NCBI GenBank assembly: GCA_020724065.1
Contig: DYHQ01000001.1
Coordinates: 26,782 to 90,781, forward strand
DNA length: 64,000 nucleotides
DNA from: Candidatus Puniceispirillum sp.
GTDB taxonomy: Bacteria; Electryoneota; RPQS01; DYHQ01
Reading direction: 5' to 3'
The position numbers and the translations under genes are program-made. The notes beneath the pieces were generated by a model. That model saw only the letters and a list, made by a program, of their open reading frames with translations. It ran no database searches and was not told the DNA's origin. Each line of letters starts with the position of its first letter. Position 1 is the first letter of the stretch. Positions 28,419 through 37,352 of this stretch are shown here, in pieces.

Positions 28419-29222
28419 ATGGCAGAGCAAATGTCATACCGTTTGGAAGTCGAGTATGAGGGATCCGATTTCCAGGGTTGGCAAGTCCAGAGAACAGGGC
28501 GAACGGTTCAGGGAGAGCTGGAGAAGGCCTTGGCGAGGCTGTTTGGGGAGCCAACCGTGGCTGTTGCCGCCGGCCGAACCGATGCGGGTGTGCATGCCAC
28601 GGGGCAGGTCGTCCATTTTCACGCGGCGCGCAAGAGGCCGCCGGAGACGGTAGAGCGGGCGCTGAATGCACTGCTTCCCGAGGACATCTTAATAAGGAAA
28701 GCGTCGCTCGTATCCTCGGACTTTCACGCGCGCTTCCAGGCGTGCTGGCGACGATACAAATACATCCTGACGACTCAGCCATCCGCGCTCTGGCGCCGAT
28801 TTGTCTGGCATCCGCGATTTGAATATGACTTCGACCTCGTCAGAGAGGCCGCCAGCGATTTTTTGGGCCGGCATGACTTCTCTTCGTTTGTCCTCTCGGG
28901 AGCGGACAGCGAGAGTACCCTCTGCCAAGTGTTTCGAGTTCTCTGGGAGGAGAAGGAAACGCTTAGAATCTTTGACATCGTCGCCGATAGATTTCTGAGA
29001 GGGATGGTCAGACTGATTGTGGGCACCTTGCTTGAGATTGGTCGAGGCAGATTTGAACCGCGGTCAATACCGCTCATTCTCGCGGCACGCAATGTCGGGC
29101 GAGCGGGTCCTGTGGCGCCGCCTCAAGGTTTGACACTGGTTGAGATCGGCTACGCCCCTTGGGAGGTGGCCTCCGAAGAAGTCAAAACTGAAAGGAATGC
29201 GTTATTCTGTGAGGGCGCATGA
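28419..29222 (+). CDS. truA: tRNA pseudouridine(38-40) synthase
   Basis: Has YRLEVEYEGSDFQGWQVQ and the catalytic AAGRTDAGVHATGQVVHF. Confidence 0.85.
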   Translation: MAEQMSYRLEVEYEGSDFQGWQVQRTGRTVQGELEKALARLFGEPTVAVAAGRTDAGVHATGQVVHFHAARKRPPETVERALNALLPEDILIRKASLVSSDFHARFQACWRRYKYILTTQPSALWRRFVWHPRFEYDFDLVREAASDFLGRHDFSSFVLSGADSESTLCQVFRVLWEEKETLRIFDIVADRFLRGMVRLIVGTLLEIGRGRFEPRSIPLILAARNVGRAGPVAPPQGLTLVEIGYAPWEVASEEVKTERNALFCEGA

Positions 29223-29875
29223 AGATTTTTCTTGATACAGCCGACCTATCTGAAATAGGACAGGCGGTCTCATGGGGGATTTTGGATGGAGTAACGACGA
29301 ATCCCTCACTCATGGCCAAGGCCGGTGCGTCGGATTTCAAGGTTCACCTACGAAAGATCTGCGATGTAGTCCAGGGCCCTGTGTCGGGTGAAGTCGTCAG
29401 CGTGGAGCCGGACGGGATGCTCAAGCAAGCTCACGAGCTTGCGGCGATTAGTCCACACATGGTGATCAAAGTCCCCATGACCGTGGCGGGCTTGCAGGTC
29501 TGCAAGAAACTGAACACCGAGAACATTCCGGTCAACATGACTCTCGTTTTCAGTCCGGCGCAGGCACTGTTGGCCGCGAAGGCGGGTGCGACCTATGTCA
29601 GCCCGTTCATCGGGCGGTTAGACGACATCAGCCATTTCGGCATGGATGTTGTTCGAGATATTGTGGCTATCTTTGATCGATACGGCTTCGAAACAAACTG
29701 TCTGGCAGCGAGTCTGCGGCATCCGCTTCATGTGGTTGAAGCGGCATTGGCGGGAGCGCATGTGGCAACTCTTCCCTGGAATGTTTTGGAGAAACTCGTC
29801 CATCACCCCTTGACAGATGTTGGCATTGACCGCTTCCTCCAAGATTGGAAGAAGATTCGACCGGAAGGATGGTAA
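29219..29875 (+). CDS. tal: Transaldolase (short Tal/FSA subfamily)
   Basis: Has MKIFLDTADL...GVTTNPSL. Length is 218 aa. The Schiff-base Lys lies in the region VIKVP. Confidence 0.8.
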   Translation: MKIFLDTADLSEIGQAVSWGILDGVTTNPSLMAKAGASDFKVHLRKICDVVQGPVSGEVVSVEPDGMLKQAHELAAISPHMVIKVPMTVAGLQVCKKLNTENIPVNMTLVFSPAQALLAAKAGATYVSPFIGRLDDISHFGMDVVRDIVAIFDRYGFETNCLAASLRHPLHVVEAALAGAHVATLPWNVLEKLVHHPLTDVGIDRFLQDWKKIRPEGW

Positions 29876-29933
29876 AGACTCCTGAGCGGGTTTCTGTCAC
29901 CTTGCGGTTCATCAAAGTTGGTTGCGCGCGGAG

Positions 29934-31181
29934 ATGATGCGACTCATTTCCTATTTTATTATCGGCCTTCTCGTCGGGACGGCGGCGGTGTTTCTCTACC
30001 ACCGGGACCGGACGCTCAGTCACGAAGTCGAAGCGCTTCGGCTTCAGAGTTCGGCTTTTCAATCGCTGTCCACTGCACAGGTCAGCTTGGAGAGCGACAA
30101 GCCTCCCTCCTTCGGTTCAACTTCAACCGTCGTCCAGTCGGAGATAGAAACCTCCCGTCATAACGCCATCACGCGAGCCATAGCGCGAACGGCAGATGCC
30201 GTCGTGGGAATCAATGTCATTCAAGTTCGCCAGGTCGTGTCCCGCAGCCCTTTTTTCAATGACCCGTTCTTTCGTGAGTTCTCTTTTGGATTGCCGCCTC
30301 GGGTCTTTCGGCAGAAAGTCGAGAACCTCGGCTCGGGTTTTATCATCTCTTCGGATGGCTATATTGTTACCAACGAGCATGTGGTTCAAGGTGCGATTGA
30401 AATCGTCGTCACAACGACTTCGGGGAAGCGATACAATGCGCGAGTCGTCGGCACGGATCATCTTCTCGATGTGGCTCTGCTGAAAGTTGATGAGCAGAAC
30501 TTGCCCTGTGTGGAATGGGGAGATTCCGATGACTGCATCACCGGTGAGTGGGTCATCGCTATCGGCAATCCTTACGGGCTTTTTGCGGTCAACGATCAGC
30601 CGTCGGTGACTGTGGGAGTCATTTCGGCGCTGCATCGTGACTTCGACCGGAACGACGAGGGCCGAGTCTACAGTGACATGATCCAAACCGATGCTTCCAT
30701 CAATCGAGGCAATTCGGGCGGCCCGCTCGTCAATGCGCTGGGGCAAGGCATTGGCATGAACACGATGATCTTCACCGAGACTGGCGGGTCGCTCGGCATT
30801 GGCTTTGCGATCCCGTCGGCGCGCATTCGCTCGATGATTGATGAACTCATGAAGGGCGGCGTGAATCGGAACTACTGGATTGGCGTCGTGGCCAATGATT
30901 TGAACCGCATGATGGCGATTTCCTTGGGGCTGAACTCAACTGACGGCGTTATCGTTTCCCAGGTCGAGCCTCGCAGTCCGGCGGGGAAAGCGGGAATTGA
31001 GCCGGCGGATGTGATCTTGGAAATCAATAGCCGCAAAATCCGTAGTACTCAAGAAGCGCGCGGTGTTATTGATAATGCTGACCTGAAAGTGGGAGACAAT
31101 CTGACTTTCAAGATCTATCGAGAGGGCAAGATCCGCGAAGTCGTTGTCAAACTCGAGGAGCTTCCTGAACCTCGCGGCTAA
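29934..31181 (+). CDS. HtrA/DegP-family periplasmic serine protease with a PDZ domain
   Basis: Has an N-terminal transmembrane segment. The trypsin-like catalytic triad lies in VTNEHVV, DVALLKV and GNSGGPL. A C-terminal PDZ domain is present. Confidence 0.8.
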   Translation: MMRLISYFIIGLLVGTAAVFLYHRDRTLSHEVEALRLQSSAFQSLSTAQVSLESDKPPSFGSTSTVVQSEIETSRHNAITRAIARTADAVVGINVIQVRQVVSRSPFFNDPFFREFSFGLPPRVFRQKVENLGSGFIISSDGYIVTNEHVVQGAIEIVVTTTSGKRYNARVVGTDHLLDVALLKVDEQNLPCVEWGDSDDCITGEWVIAIGNPYGLFAVNDQPSVTVGVISALHRDFDRNDEGRVYSDMIQTDASINRGNSGGPLVNALGQGIGMNTMIFTETGGSLGIGFAIPSARIRSMIDELMKGGVNRNYWIGVVANDLNRMMAISLGLNSTDGVIVSQVEPRSPAGKAGIEPADVILEINSRKIRSTQEARGVIDNADLKVGDNLTFKIYREGKIREVVVKLEELPEPRG

Positions 31182-31205
31182 TCTTTCTGAGGAGCACTTC
31201 TTCGC

Positions 31206-32513
31206 GTGATTTCTCGGTACAGACGGCCTGAAATGGCGGCGATTTGGTCGGAGCGGGCGCGTTTCGAAGCTTGGTGGCGAGTGGAGCTTGCCATTCTTGA
31301 GGCACAGGCTGCTCGCGGAGAAATCCCCGCCGCCGATTTGGAGGAGATTCGGACTCGCGCGAAGTATTCGCCCGAGGAGATTGCGAGAGTTGAAGAGGTT
31401 GTCCAGCATGATGTCGTCGCTTTTCTGACGGTCATTTCAGAGCATGTTGGCCCGGCCTCGCGACATATTCACCGAGGCTTAACCTCTTCGGATGTCTTGG
31501 ACACCGCTCTTGCTCTTCAGCTTTGTCAGGCCGTAGCTCTTTTGCAGGCGGACTTGGGAGCGCTGCGCCGCGCACTGCGCGGTCGTGCTTTGGAATTCCG
31601 GGACACGCCCTGCATCGCGCGCACCCATGGCGTTCACGCGGAAGTGACGACCTTTGGGATGCGCTGGCTGGTGTGGTACGAAGAAATTGGCCGACATGAG
31701 GAGCGACTGGCTGCCGCGCGCGAGCGCCTTGCCGTGGGAAAATGCTCCGGTGCGGTCGGCGTCTTCGCTCATACGGATCTCGCACTTGAAGAAGCCATGT
31801 GTGCGCGTTTGGGACTAACGCCAGCGAAGGTAACGACACAGGTTATTCAACGGGATCGTCATGCGGAGCTCCTTCTCGTCTTGGCGCTCATCGGTGCCAG
31901 TGTCGAGAAAGTCGCGACGGAAATTCGCCATCTGCAGCGCACGGAAGTGGCCGAAGCCTTCGAGCCTTTCGGGAAAGGCCAGAAAGGTTCCTCCGCAATG
32001 CCGCATAAGCGCAATCCGATTCTCTGCGAGCGACTTTGCGGAATGGCGCGGCTCTTGCGGGGCTATGCGGTGGTGGGTCTGGAGAATGTGGCGCTTTGGC
32101 ACGAGCGAGATATTTCTCATTCGTCTGCTGAGCGAGTCATTCTACCGGACGCAACACTGGCTTTGGACTACATGCTCCATCTCCTGACTCGAATCTTATC
32201 GGGTTTGGAGGTTGACACGACGCGAATGCAGCAGAATCTTGAGATAACAGAAGGTTTGATCGCATCCGAAGCCTTGCTTCTGGCTTTGACGGACGCTGGG
32301 TGGACGCGCGAGCGAGCCTATGAGCATGTTCAGAAGGCGGCCTGGTGTGTTCGGCAGGGACAAGGTGATTTCAAGAAGGCGGCTTTGAAAGATGCGGAGA
32401 TCGTTGATAGTCTCGGAGAAGAGCGAGTAGCTGCCCTGCTGGATGTGCGACCACCCTTGAAGCGAATACATCGAATTTATGAGCGTGCGGGTTTGACAGA
32501 CGAGATATCGTAG
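31206..32513 (+). CDS. purB: Adenylosuccinate lyase
   Basis: The N-terminus is (M)ISRYRRPEMAAIW, which matches the Bacillus-type PurB MIERYSREEMSNIW. Has the fumarate-lyase signature GSSAMPHKRNP. The start codon is GTG. Confidence 0.9.
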   Translation: MISRYRRPEMAAIWSERARFEAWWRVELAILEAQAARGEIPAADLEEIRTRAKYSPEEIARVEEVVQHDVVAFLTVISEHVGPASRHIHRGLTSSDVLDTALALQLCQAVALLQADLGALRRALRGRALEFRDTPCIARTHGVHAEVTTFGMRWLVWYEEIGRHEERLAAARERLAVGKCSGAVGVFAHTDLALEEAMCARLGLTPAKVTTQVIQRDRHAELLLVLALIGASVEKVATEIRHLQRTEVAEAFEPFGKGQKGSSAMPHKRNPILCERLCGMARLLRGYAVVGLENVALWHERDISHSSAERVILPDATLALDYMLHLLTRILSGLEVDTTRMQQNLEITEGLIASEALLLALTDAGWTRERAYEHVQKAAWCVRQGQGDFKKAALKDAEIVDSLGEERVAALLDVRPPLKRIHRIYERAGLTDEIS

Positions 32514-32548
32514 GTTGAGAACATTCTTCGAGCATCGGGGTCGAGCCA

Positions 32549-33259
32549 TTGGAAAAAAGAAAGCTACTTTTTGAAGGGAAGGCAAAATGCCTTTATGCCA
32601 CGGACCGGGAGGGCTGCCTCATCCAGAGATTCAAGGATGAAGTCGTGAACGAGGGCGAAGGGCAAAGGATGAGTATCGCGGGCAAGGGAGAAACGAACAA
32701 CGGCATCGCTTGCTTTCTATTCCAATATTTGGAGAGTCATCATGTCCCGACTCATTTCATCGAGCGGCATGGTCCCGCGGAAATGGTCGTGCGCAAGCTC
32801 GCGATGATCCCGGTCCAGGTTGTGATGCACAATATCGCCATGGCAAAATTGGCCAAAACATTCGACCTTGCCGAGGGAAGTCCTCTAAGCTATCCTATAC
32901 AAGAATATTTTTTGAAGAGCGACAAGTTGGGCAATCCCATGGTCAACGAGCATCATGCGCTGGCCCTGGGTTACGCTCAACCTGAAGAGATGCGGACCAT
33001 TGGGCGGCTGTCATCGAAAATCAACGCCATCTTGAAATCATTTTTCGAGCGGCGGGGACTTCTGTTGATGGGTTTTCGGGTGGAATTCGGAAAGCAGGGC
33101 GAGCAAATTTATGTGGGCGATGAAATCTCGCTGGATACCTGCCATTTCTGGGACAAGAAATCAAACTGCCGCTTGGATGTCGCTCATGCGGATCAGGATC
33201 CATTGGAAATCGAGAAGGCCTATCGAGAACTCTATGGCCGAATGACGAACTCCTCTTAG
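32549..33259 (+). CDS. purC: Phosphoribosylaminoimidazole-succinocarboxamide (SAICAR) synthase
   Basis: Has KLLFEGKAKCLYATD. Length is 236 aa. The start codon is TTG. Confidence 0.85.
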   Translation: MEKRKLLFEGKAKCLYATDREGCLIQRFKDEVVNEGEGQRMSIAGKGETNNGIACFLFQYLESHHVPTHFIERHGPAEMVVRKLAMIPVQVVMHNIAMAKLAKTFDLAEGSPLSYPIQEYFLKSDKLGNPMVNEHHALALGYAQPEEMRTIGRLSSKINAILKSFFERRGLLLMGFRVEFGKQGEQIYVGDEISLDTCHFWDKKSNCRLDVAHADQDPLEIEKAYRELYGRMTNSS

Positions 33260-33270
33260 GAGATTGGCCG

Positions 33271-33906
33271 ATGAGAATTGCATCGGAGGGAGGGCGGCTG
33301 CTTCTGCCGCTGCTGGGCGTTTTCCTGCTCGTCGTTGTGGTGGACTTGCTTGTTAGACTGCCGGCTCTGCATGGTTTGGCCGCTGGAATTCTTCTTCTGA
33401 TTCTTTTGCTCTTTTTCTTCTTTCGAGATCCTGAAAGAAAAACCCCTGCAGGGAGGAATCTTGTCCTGGCGCCCTGTGACGGAAGAGTGATCTTGGTCAA
33501 CGATGCATCCAGCGGTGCGGAGCAGGGGCGTGTGGCGATCTTCATGTCGGTCCTGGATGTGCATGTGAACCGAAATCCGGTGAGCGGTGTCGTTCAGGAA
33601 ATTCAGAGGCACCGAGGAAGCTTCCGCCATGCGGCAACTCCCCAGGCGGTTCACATGAATACTTCGGTTACCGTCAGGGCTTCGACGGATTTTGGTGAGG
33701 TAACCTGGATTCAAGTCGCCGGTGCTTTGGCACGGAAAATCTCATGTCGTCTGAAGGAAGGGCAATTCGTGGAAGCGGGAGAGCGATTCGGTTTGGTTTA
33801 CTTGGGTTCCCGAATGGAAGTGTTGACGCCGGCTGCCGTGCGAATTCGAGTTGCGCTTGGGCAACGAGTGCGTGCGGGTCTAACGATTATCGGCGAGGTT
33901 TCATGA
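33271..33906 (+). CDS. psd: Phosphatidylserine decarboxylase proenzyme (short form)
   Basis: Has LAPCDGRV and the maturation site in the region FMSVLDVHVNR..SG. An AGGAG ribosome-binding site precedes the start. Confidence 0.8.
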   Translation: MRIASEGGRLLLPLLGVFLLVVVVDLLVRLPALHGLAAGILLLILLLFFFFRDPERKTPAGRNLVLAPCDGRVILVNDASSGAEQGRVAIFMSVLDVHVNRNPVSGVVQEIQRHRGSFRHAATPQAVHMNTSVTVRASTDFGEVTWIQVAGALARKISCRLKEGQFVEAGERFGLVYLGSRMEVLTPAAVRIRVALGQRVRAGLTIIGEVS

Positions 33907-34667
33907 TAGTGCGGCAATGCATGGCCCATGCCATCACCGGTGGCAACCTTTTCTGTGGCTTTCTTTCCATTTTGATGGCTCTCAATGGATTGAGTGGCCT
34001 CGCTGCATGGTTGATTATCAGCGCGGCGCTCCTGGATGCGTTTGACGGAAAAGTCGCGCGGTTCATGAGGAGTGATAGCTCCTTTGGATTGCAGTTCGAT
34101 TCGCTTGCGGACTTGGTTTCTTTCGGCGTCGCCCCCGGAGTTCTTATCTACTGGCTCGCATTGCAAGAACACGGCGTATTAGGAGTCTTGGTCAGTTTTG
34201 TCCCGCTGCTATTTGCGGCTGTCCGACTGGCGAAATTCAATATCGGCGAGGCAAGCGAAACCCATGATTTCACCGGGCTCTCATCACCCTTGCAGGCATG
34301 TCTCGTGGCATCTTTTCTCATTTTGAATCTGTCCATTTGGGGAGAAGTTCGCTTGCACGCGCCGCTGGCGGTTTTGGTTATTTCGGCCGGGCTGCTTATG
34401 GTCAGTCGTTTTCCTTTGCCAAGCCTGCCTCGACTCACGCTGCGGGAACCTGGGTATAATCTGTCGAAGCTGCTGGTTCTCATTGGGTGCGTCTGCCTTA
34501 TCGCGCTTAACCCTCCCCGACATGCTTTTCCGGTATTGGGTTCCTTGGTTGTGGCATCGTTTATCGTTGGCGCCCTGCGCGCGGCTCATTCTGCGGATAT
34601 GGATTTGGATGACGACGATGCCGAGCCGGCCGAGAGCAAAATTACTATATCTCGAGGCCACCGATGA
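33903..34667 (+). CDS. pssA: CDP-diacylglycerol--serine O-phosphatidyltransferase (CDP-alcohol phosphatidyltransferase family)
   Basis: Has DAFDGKVAR..G..FDSLADLVSFGVAP and multiple transmembrane segments. The start was re-chosen as the ATG that overlaps the psd stop. Confidence 0.75.
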   Translation: MIVRQCMAHAITGGNLFCGFLSILMALNGLSGLAAWLIISAALLDAFDGKVARFMRSDSSFGLQFDSLADLVSFGVAPGVLIYWLALQEHGVLGVLVSFVPLLFAAVRLAKFNIGEASETHDFTGLSSPLQACLVASFLILNLSIWGEVRLHAPLAVLVISAGLLMVSRFPLPSLPRLTLREPGYNLSKLLVLIGCVCLIALNPPRHAFPVLGSLVVASFIVGALRAAHSADMDLDDDDAEPAESKITISRGHR

Positions 34668-34903
34668 TGGTCAAAGTGATTGTTACCCACAAGCCAGGCG
34701 TTTTGGACCCTCAAGGGCAGACCGTTCTGCAAAGTCTCCGGCAACTCGGGCACCGCGACATACGGGATGTCCGCATCGGAAAATACATCGAGATTGAACT
34801 GGACGCCACCAGTCGCGAGGACGCGGAGAGACAAGCAGCTCAGATTTCTGACAAGATGCTCGCCAATCCTGTGATCGAGACTTTTCGAGTCGAGCTGGAA
34901 TGA
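34664..34903 (+). CDS. purS: Phosphoribosylformylglycinamidine synthase subunit PurS
   Basis: 79 aa, MMVKVIVTHKPGVLDPQGQ. Confidence 0.85.
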   Translation: MMVKVIVTHKPGVLDPQGQTVLQSLRQLGHRDIRDVRIGKYIEIELDATSREDAERQAAQISDKMLANPVIETFRVELE

Positions 34904-35613
34904 CCTTCGCTGTCATTACATTTCCGGGCTCCAATTGTGATCGAGATTGTATCTGGGCGCTTGAGGGGGTGCTCGGCTACACAGTCCGGAACATCTTTCA
35001 TCGTGTGAAATCACTGGGCTCGGTGGACGCTGTCGTCTTGCCCGGGGGATTTTCGTACGGAGACTATCTTCGGGCAGGCGCCCTGGCTCATTTTTCTCCC
35101 ATTATGGAGGCTGTCAGGACTTTTGCGCAGGCAGGCGGAGTTGTTCTGGGCATTTGCAACGGATTTCAAATTCTATGTGAAGCGGGGCTTCTGCCTGGTG
35201 CCCTGGTGCGAAACCGTTCGCTGAAATTCGTTTGTCATGAGGTCTCTCTGCGCGTGGAGAACTGTGCCACGATTTTTACTTCCCAGTATCAGTTAGGCCA
35301 AGAGATCATCCTGCCGATTGCCCATAGCGACGGCAACTACCTGACGGAGCCGGCGACGCTCGCTACTCTCGAGCAGGAAAGGCGCGTTGTCTTTCGGTAC
35401 ACAGGGCCAAAGCGGTTTGATGCACTGGATGGAAATCCCAATGGCTCCATGAACGCCATCGCGGGGATAGTCAATTCAGAGGGCAATGTGCTGGGGATGA
35501 TGCCGCACCCCGAGAGGGCCTGCGACCCGAGCATCGGGCGCACGGATGGTTTGGGTATTTTTCTCTCGGTCGCTCAATCGGTGGCCAAGCAGAGTGCTGT
35601 ATTGGCGGAGTAG
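34900..35613 (+). CDS. purQ: Phosphoribosylformylglycinamidine synthase glutaminase subunit PurQ
   Basis: Has AVITFPGSNCDRD and the catalytic GICNGFQ...HPE. Confidence 0.9.
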   Translation: MTFAVITFPGSNCDRDCIWALEGVLGYTVRNIFHRVKSLGSVDAVVLPGGFSYGDYLRAGALAHFSPIMEAVRTFAQAGGVVLGICNGFQILCEAGLLPGALVRNRSLKFVCHEVSLRVENCATIFTSQYQLGQEIILPIAHSDGNYLTEPATLATLEQERRVVFRYTGPKRFDALDGNPNGSMNAIAGIVNSEGNVLGMMPHPERACDPSIGRTDGLGIFLSVAQSVAKQSAVLAE

Positions 35614-35683
35614 TGTCCAGCATTTCACGCGGGCGTACGGGGGCGTTCATCCCCCGTTATCAACAAAAACCACGGTTTCTTCT

Positions 35684-35974
35684 ATGAATCTCGGTGCTTC
35701 TGAGATTGTTCTGATTGTCATTGTGCTTCTTCTTCTGTTCGGAGGTAAGAAGTTACCTGAATTGGCGCGAGGGATCGGACGCGGCATGGTCGAATTCCGG
35801 CGGGCGACTCAGGATATTCAGAGAGAGATTCAGTCGTCCATCGAGGTTCCACCCACCTCGCCCAAGACCACTCCAAAGACCGCGCCATCTGAACCGACAC
35901 CCTCCCAAACGGCTTCCAAGAGCGTGAATGACTCTGAAAATCCCCCCTCACCAACATCTGAAAAACCATCCTGA
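35684..35974 (+). CDS. tatA: Twin-arginine translocase TatA/E-family protein
   Basis: Has a transmembrane helix plus amphipathic helix (IVLIVIVLLLLFGGKKLPELARGIGRGMVEFRRA) and a Pro/Ser/Thr-rich tail. The start was set at the internal ATG. Its 3' end overlaps gatA by 47 nt. Confidence 0.7.
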   Translation: MNLGASEIVLIVIVLLLLFGGKKLPELARGIGRGMVEFRRATQDIQREIQSSIEVPPTSPKTTPKTAPSEPTPSQTASKSVNDSENPPSPTSEKPS

Positions 35975-37352
35975 GGAATTGCCCTCGGCGGTCGAGACCT
36001 GCCTGCAAGCGATTGAACAGGCGAAGCCGCTGAATGCGTTCGTTCATCTCTTAGCAGACCGCGCTCGCCACAAAGCCGTGGAAGTTGCGCAAGCCACTGG
36101 GCAGGGTGAGGAGTTGCCGCTTCGAGGGATGATTCTCGCGGTGAAGGACAATATCGCCATTGAAGGCACATCCCTGAGCTGCGCGTCGAGGATTCTGAAG
36201 GATTTCAAGAGTCTGTTCACGGCGACGGCGGTCGCTCGATTGGAAAAAGCCGGGGCTATTATCATCGGGAAGACCAATCTTGATGAATTTGCGATGGGGT
36301 CTTCCTGCGAAAATACGATCTTCGGCCCAACCCATCATCCGCTCGATTGGGAACGCGTTCCGGGAGGTTCGTCAGGAGGTTCGGCAGTCGCCGTTGCCGC
36401 GGGATTAGTCCACGCAGCGCTTGGCAGTGACACGGGAGGCTCTGTGCGCCAGCCGGCAGCGTTCTGTGGCGTTGTTGGGCTGAAGCCGACCTATGGGCGA
36501 GTCTCCCGCTATGGCCTGGTTGCGTTTGGTTCATCGCTTGACCAAATCGCACCGTTCGCAACGAATTGCCAAGATGCTTTTGCTGTTCTTTGCATTATGG
36601 GAGGGAAGGACGAGCACGATTCGACTTCTGCGGCATATCCCATGTCATATCCAACCGAAGGTCTGAAACCTCTTGGTGAGAAACTGCGCATCGGGTTACC
36701 GAAAGAATATCTTGAAGAAGGTCTGCAGGCCGAAATTGCAGAGGTTGTCCTTCAGGTGGCGCGTGGGCTCGAGAAGGCTGGTCACGATCTTGTAGAGATA
36801 TCGCTTCCGTATTCAAAATTGGCAGTAGGCGTATATTATATTCTCGCGACGGCCGAAGCGAGCTCCAACCTGGCGCGGTATGATGGAGCTCGGTATGGAT
36901 TCCGTGAGCATTCCGCCGAGAGTCTGCAGGATATCTACACGCACAGTCGGGCCGGAGGCTTTGGAAGAGAAGTGCGCCGTCGGATCATGTTGGGCACCTA
37001 TGTGCTCTCTGCCGGTTACTATGATGCCTACTACAAGAAAGCCCAGCGCGTTCGTCGCCTTGTTTTGGGTGATTTTCTGGATGCATTTGGGAAGGTGGAT
37101 GTCATTCTTGCGCCGACAACGCCCACGACGGCATTTAAGATTGGCGAGAAAATAGACGACCCATTGGCCATGTATCTTTCCGATGTCTATACGACGCCGG
37201 CGAATTTGGCGGGCATTCCAGCGGTTTCCGTTCCGGCGGGGAAAGATACCAAGAGATTGCCGATCGGCGTGCAAATCATGGGTCCCCATTTCTCGGACGA
37301 ACTCATTTTGCAGGTAGGGTGCGACATCGAGAGGCTTCATGGGCGAATATGA
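35928..37352 (+). CDS. gatA: Glutamyl-tRNA(Gln) amidotransferase subunit A
   Basis: Has the amidase signature GGSSGGSAVAVAAG..GSDTGGSVRQPA. The N-terminus aligns with Bacillus GatA from the ATG at 35928. Confidence 0.9.
   Translation: MTLKIPPHQHLKNHPEELPSAVETCLQAIEQAKPLNAFVHLLADRARHKAVEVAQATGQGEELPLRGMILAVKDNIAIEGTSLSCASRILKDFKSLFTATAVARLEKAGAIIIGKTNLDEFAMGSSCENTIFGPTHHPLDWERVPGGSSGGSAVAVAAGLVHAALGSDTGGSVRQPAAFCGVVGLKPTYGRVSRYGLVAFGSSLDQIAPFATNCQDAFAVLCIMGGKDEHDSTSAAYPMSYPTEGLKPLGEKLRIGLPKEYLEEGLQAEIAEVVLQVARGLEKAGHDLVEISLPYSKLAVGVYYILATAEASSNLARYDGARYGFREHSAESLQDIYTHSRAGGFGREVRRRIMLGTYVLSAGYYDAYYKKAQRVRRLVLGDFLDAFGKVDVILAPTTPTTAFKIGEKIDDPLAMYLSDVYTTPANLAGIPAVSVPAGKDTKRLPIGVQIMGPHFSDELILQVGCDIERLHGRI

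Noticed and set aside
28309-28782. A 157-aa minus-strand ORF overlapping truA
   Set aside because: It is antisense to a confidently assigned truA and has a Pro/Arg/Ala-rich low-complexity translation.
35640-35668. A stem-loop ACGGGGG-cgttcat-CCCCCGT between purQ and tatA, considered as a possible terminator
   Set aside because: It is not followed by a U-rich tract on either strand. It may be a structural element, but it is not confidently a terminator.
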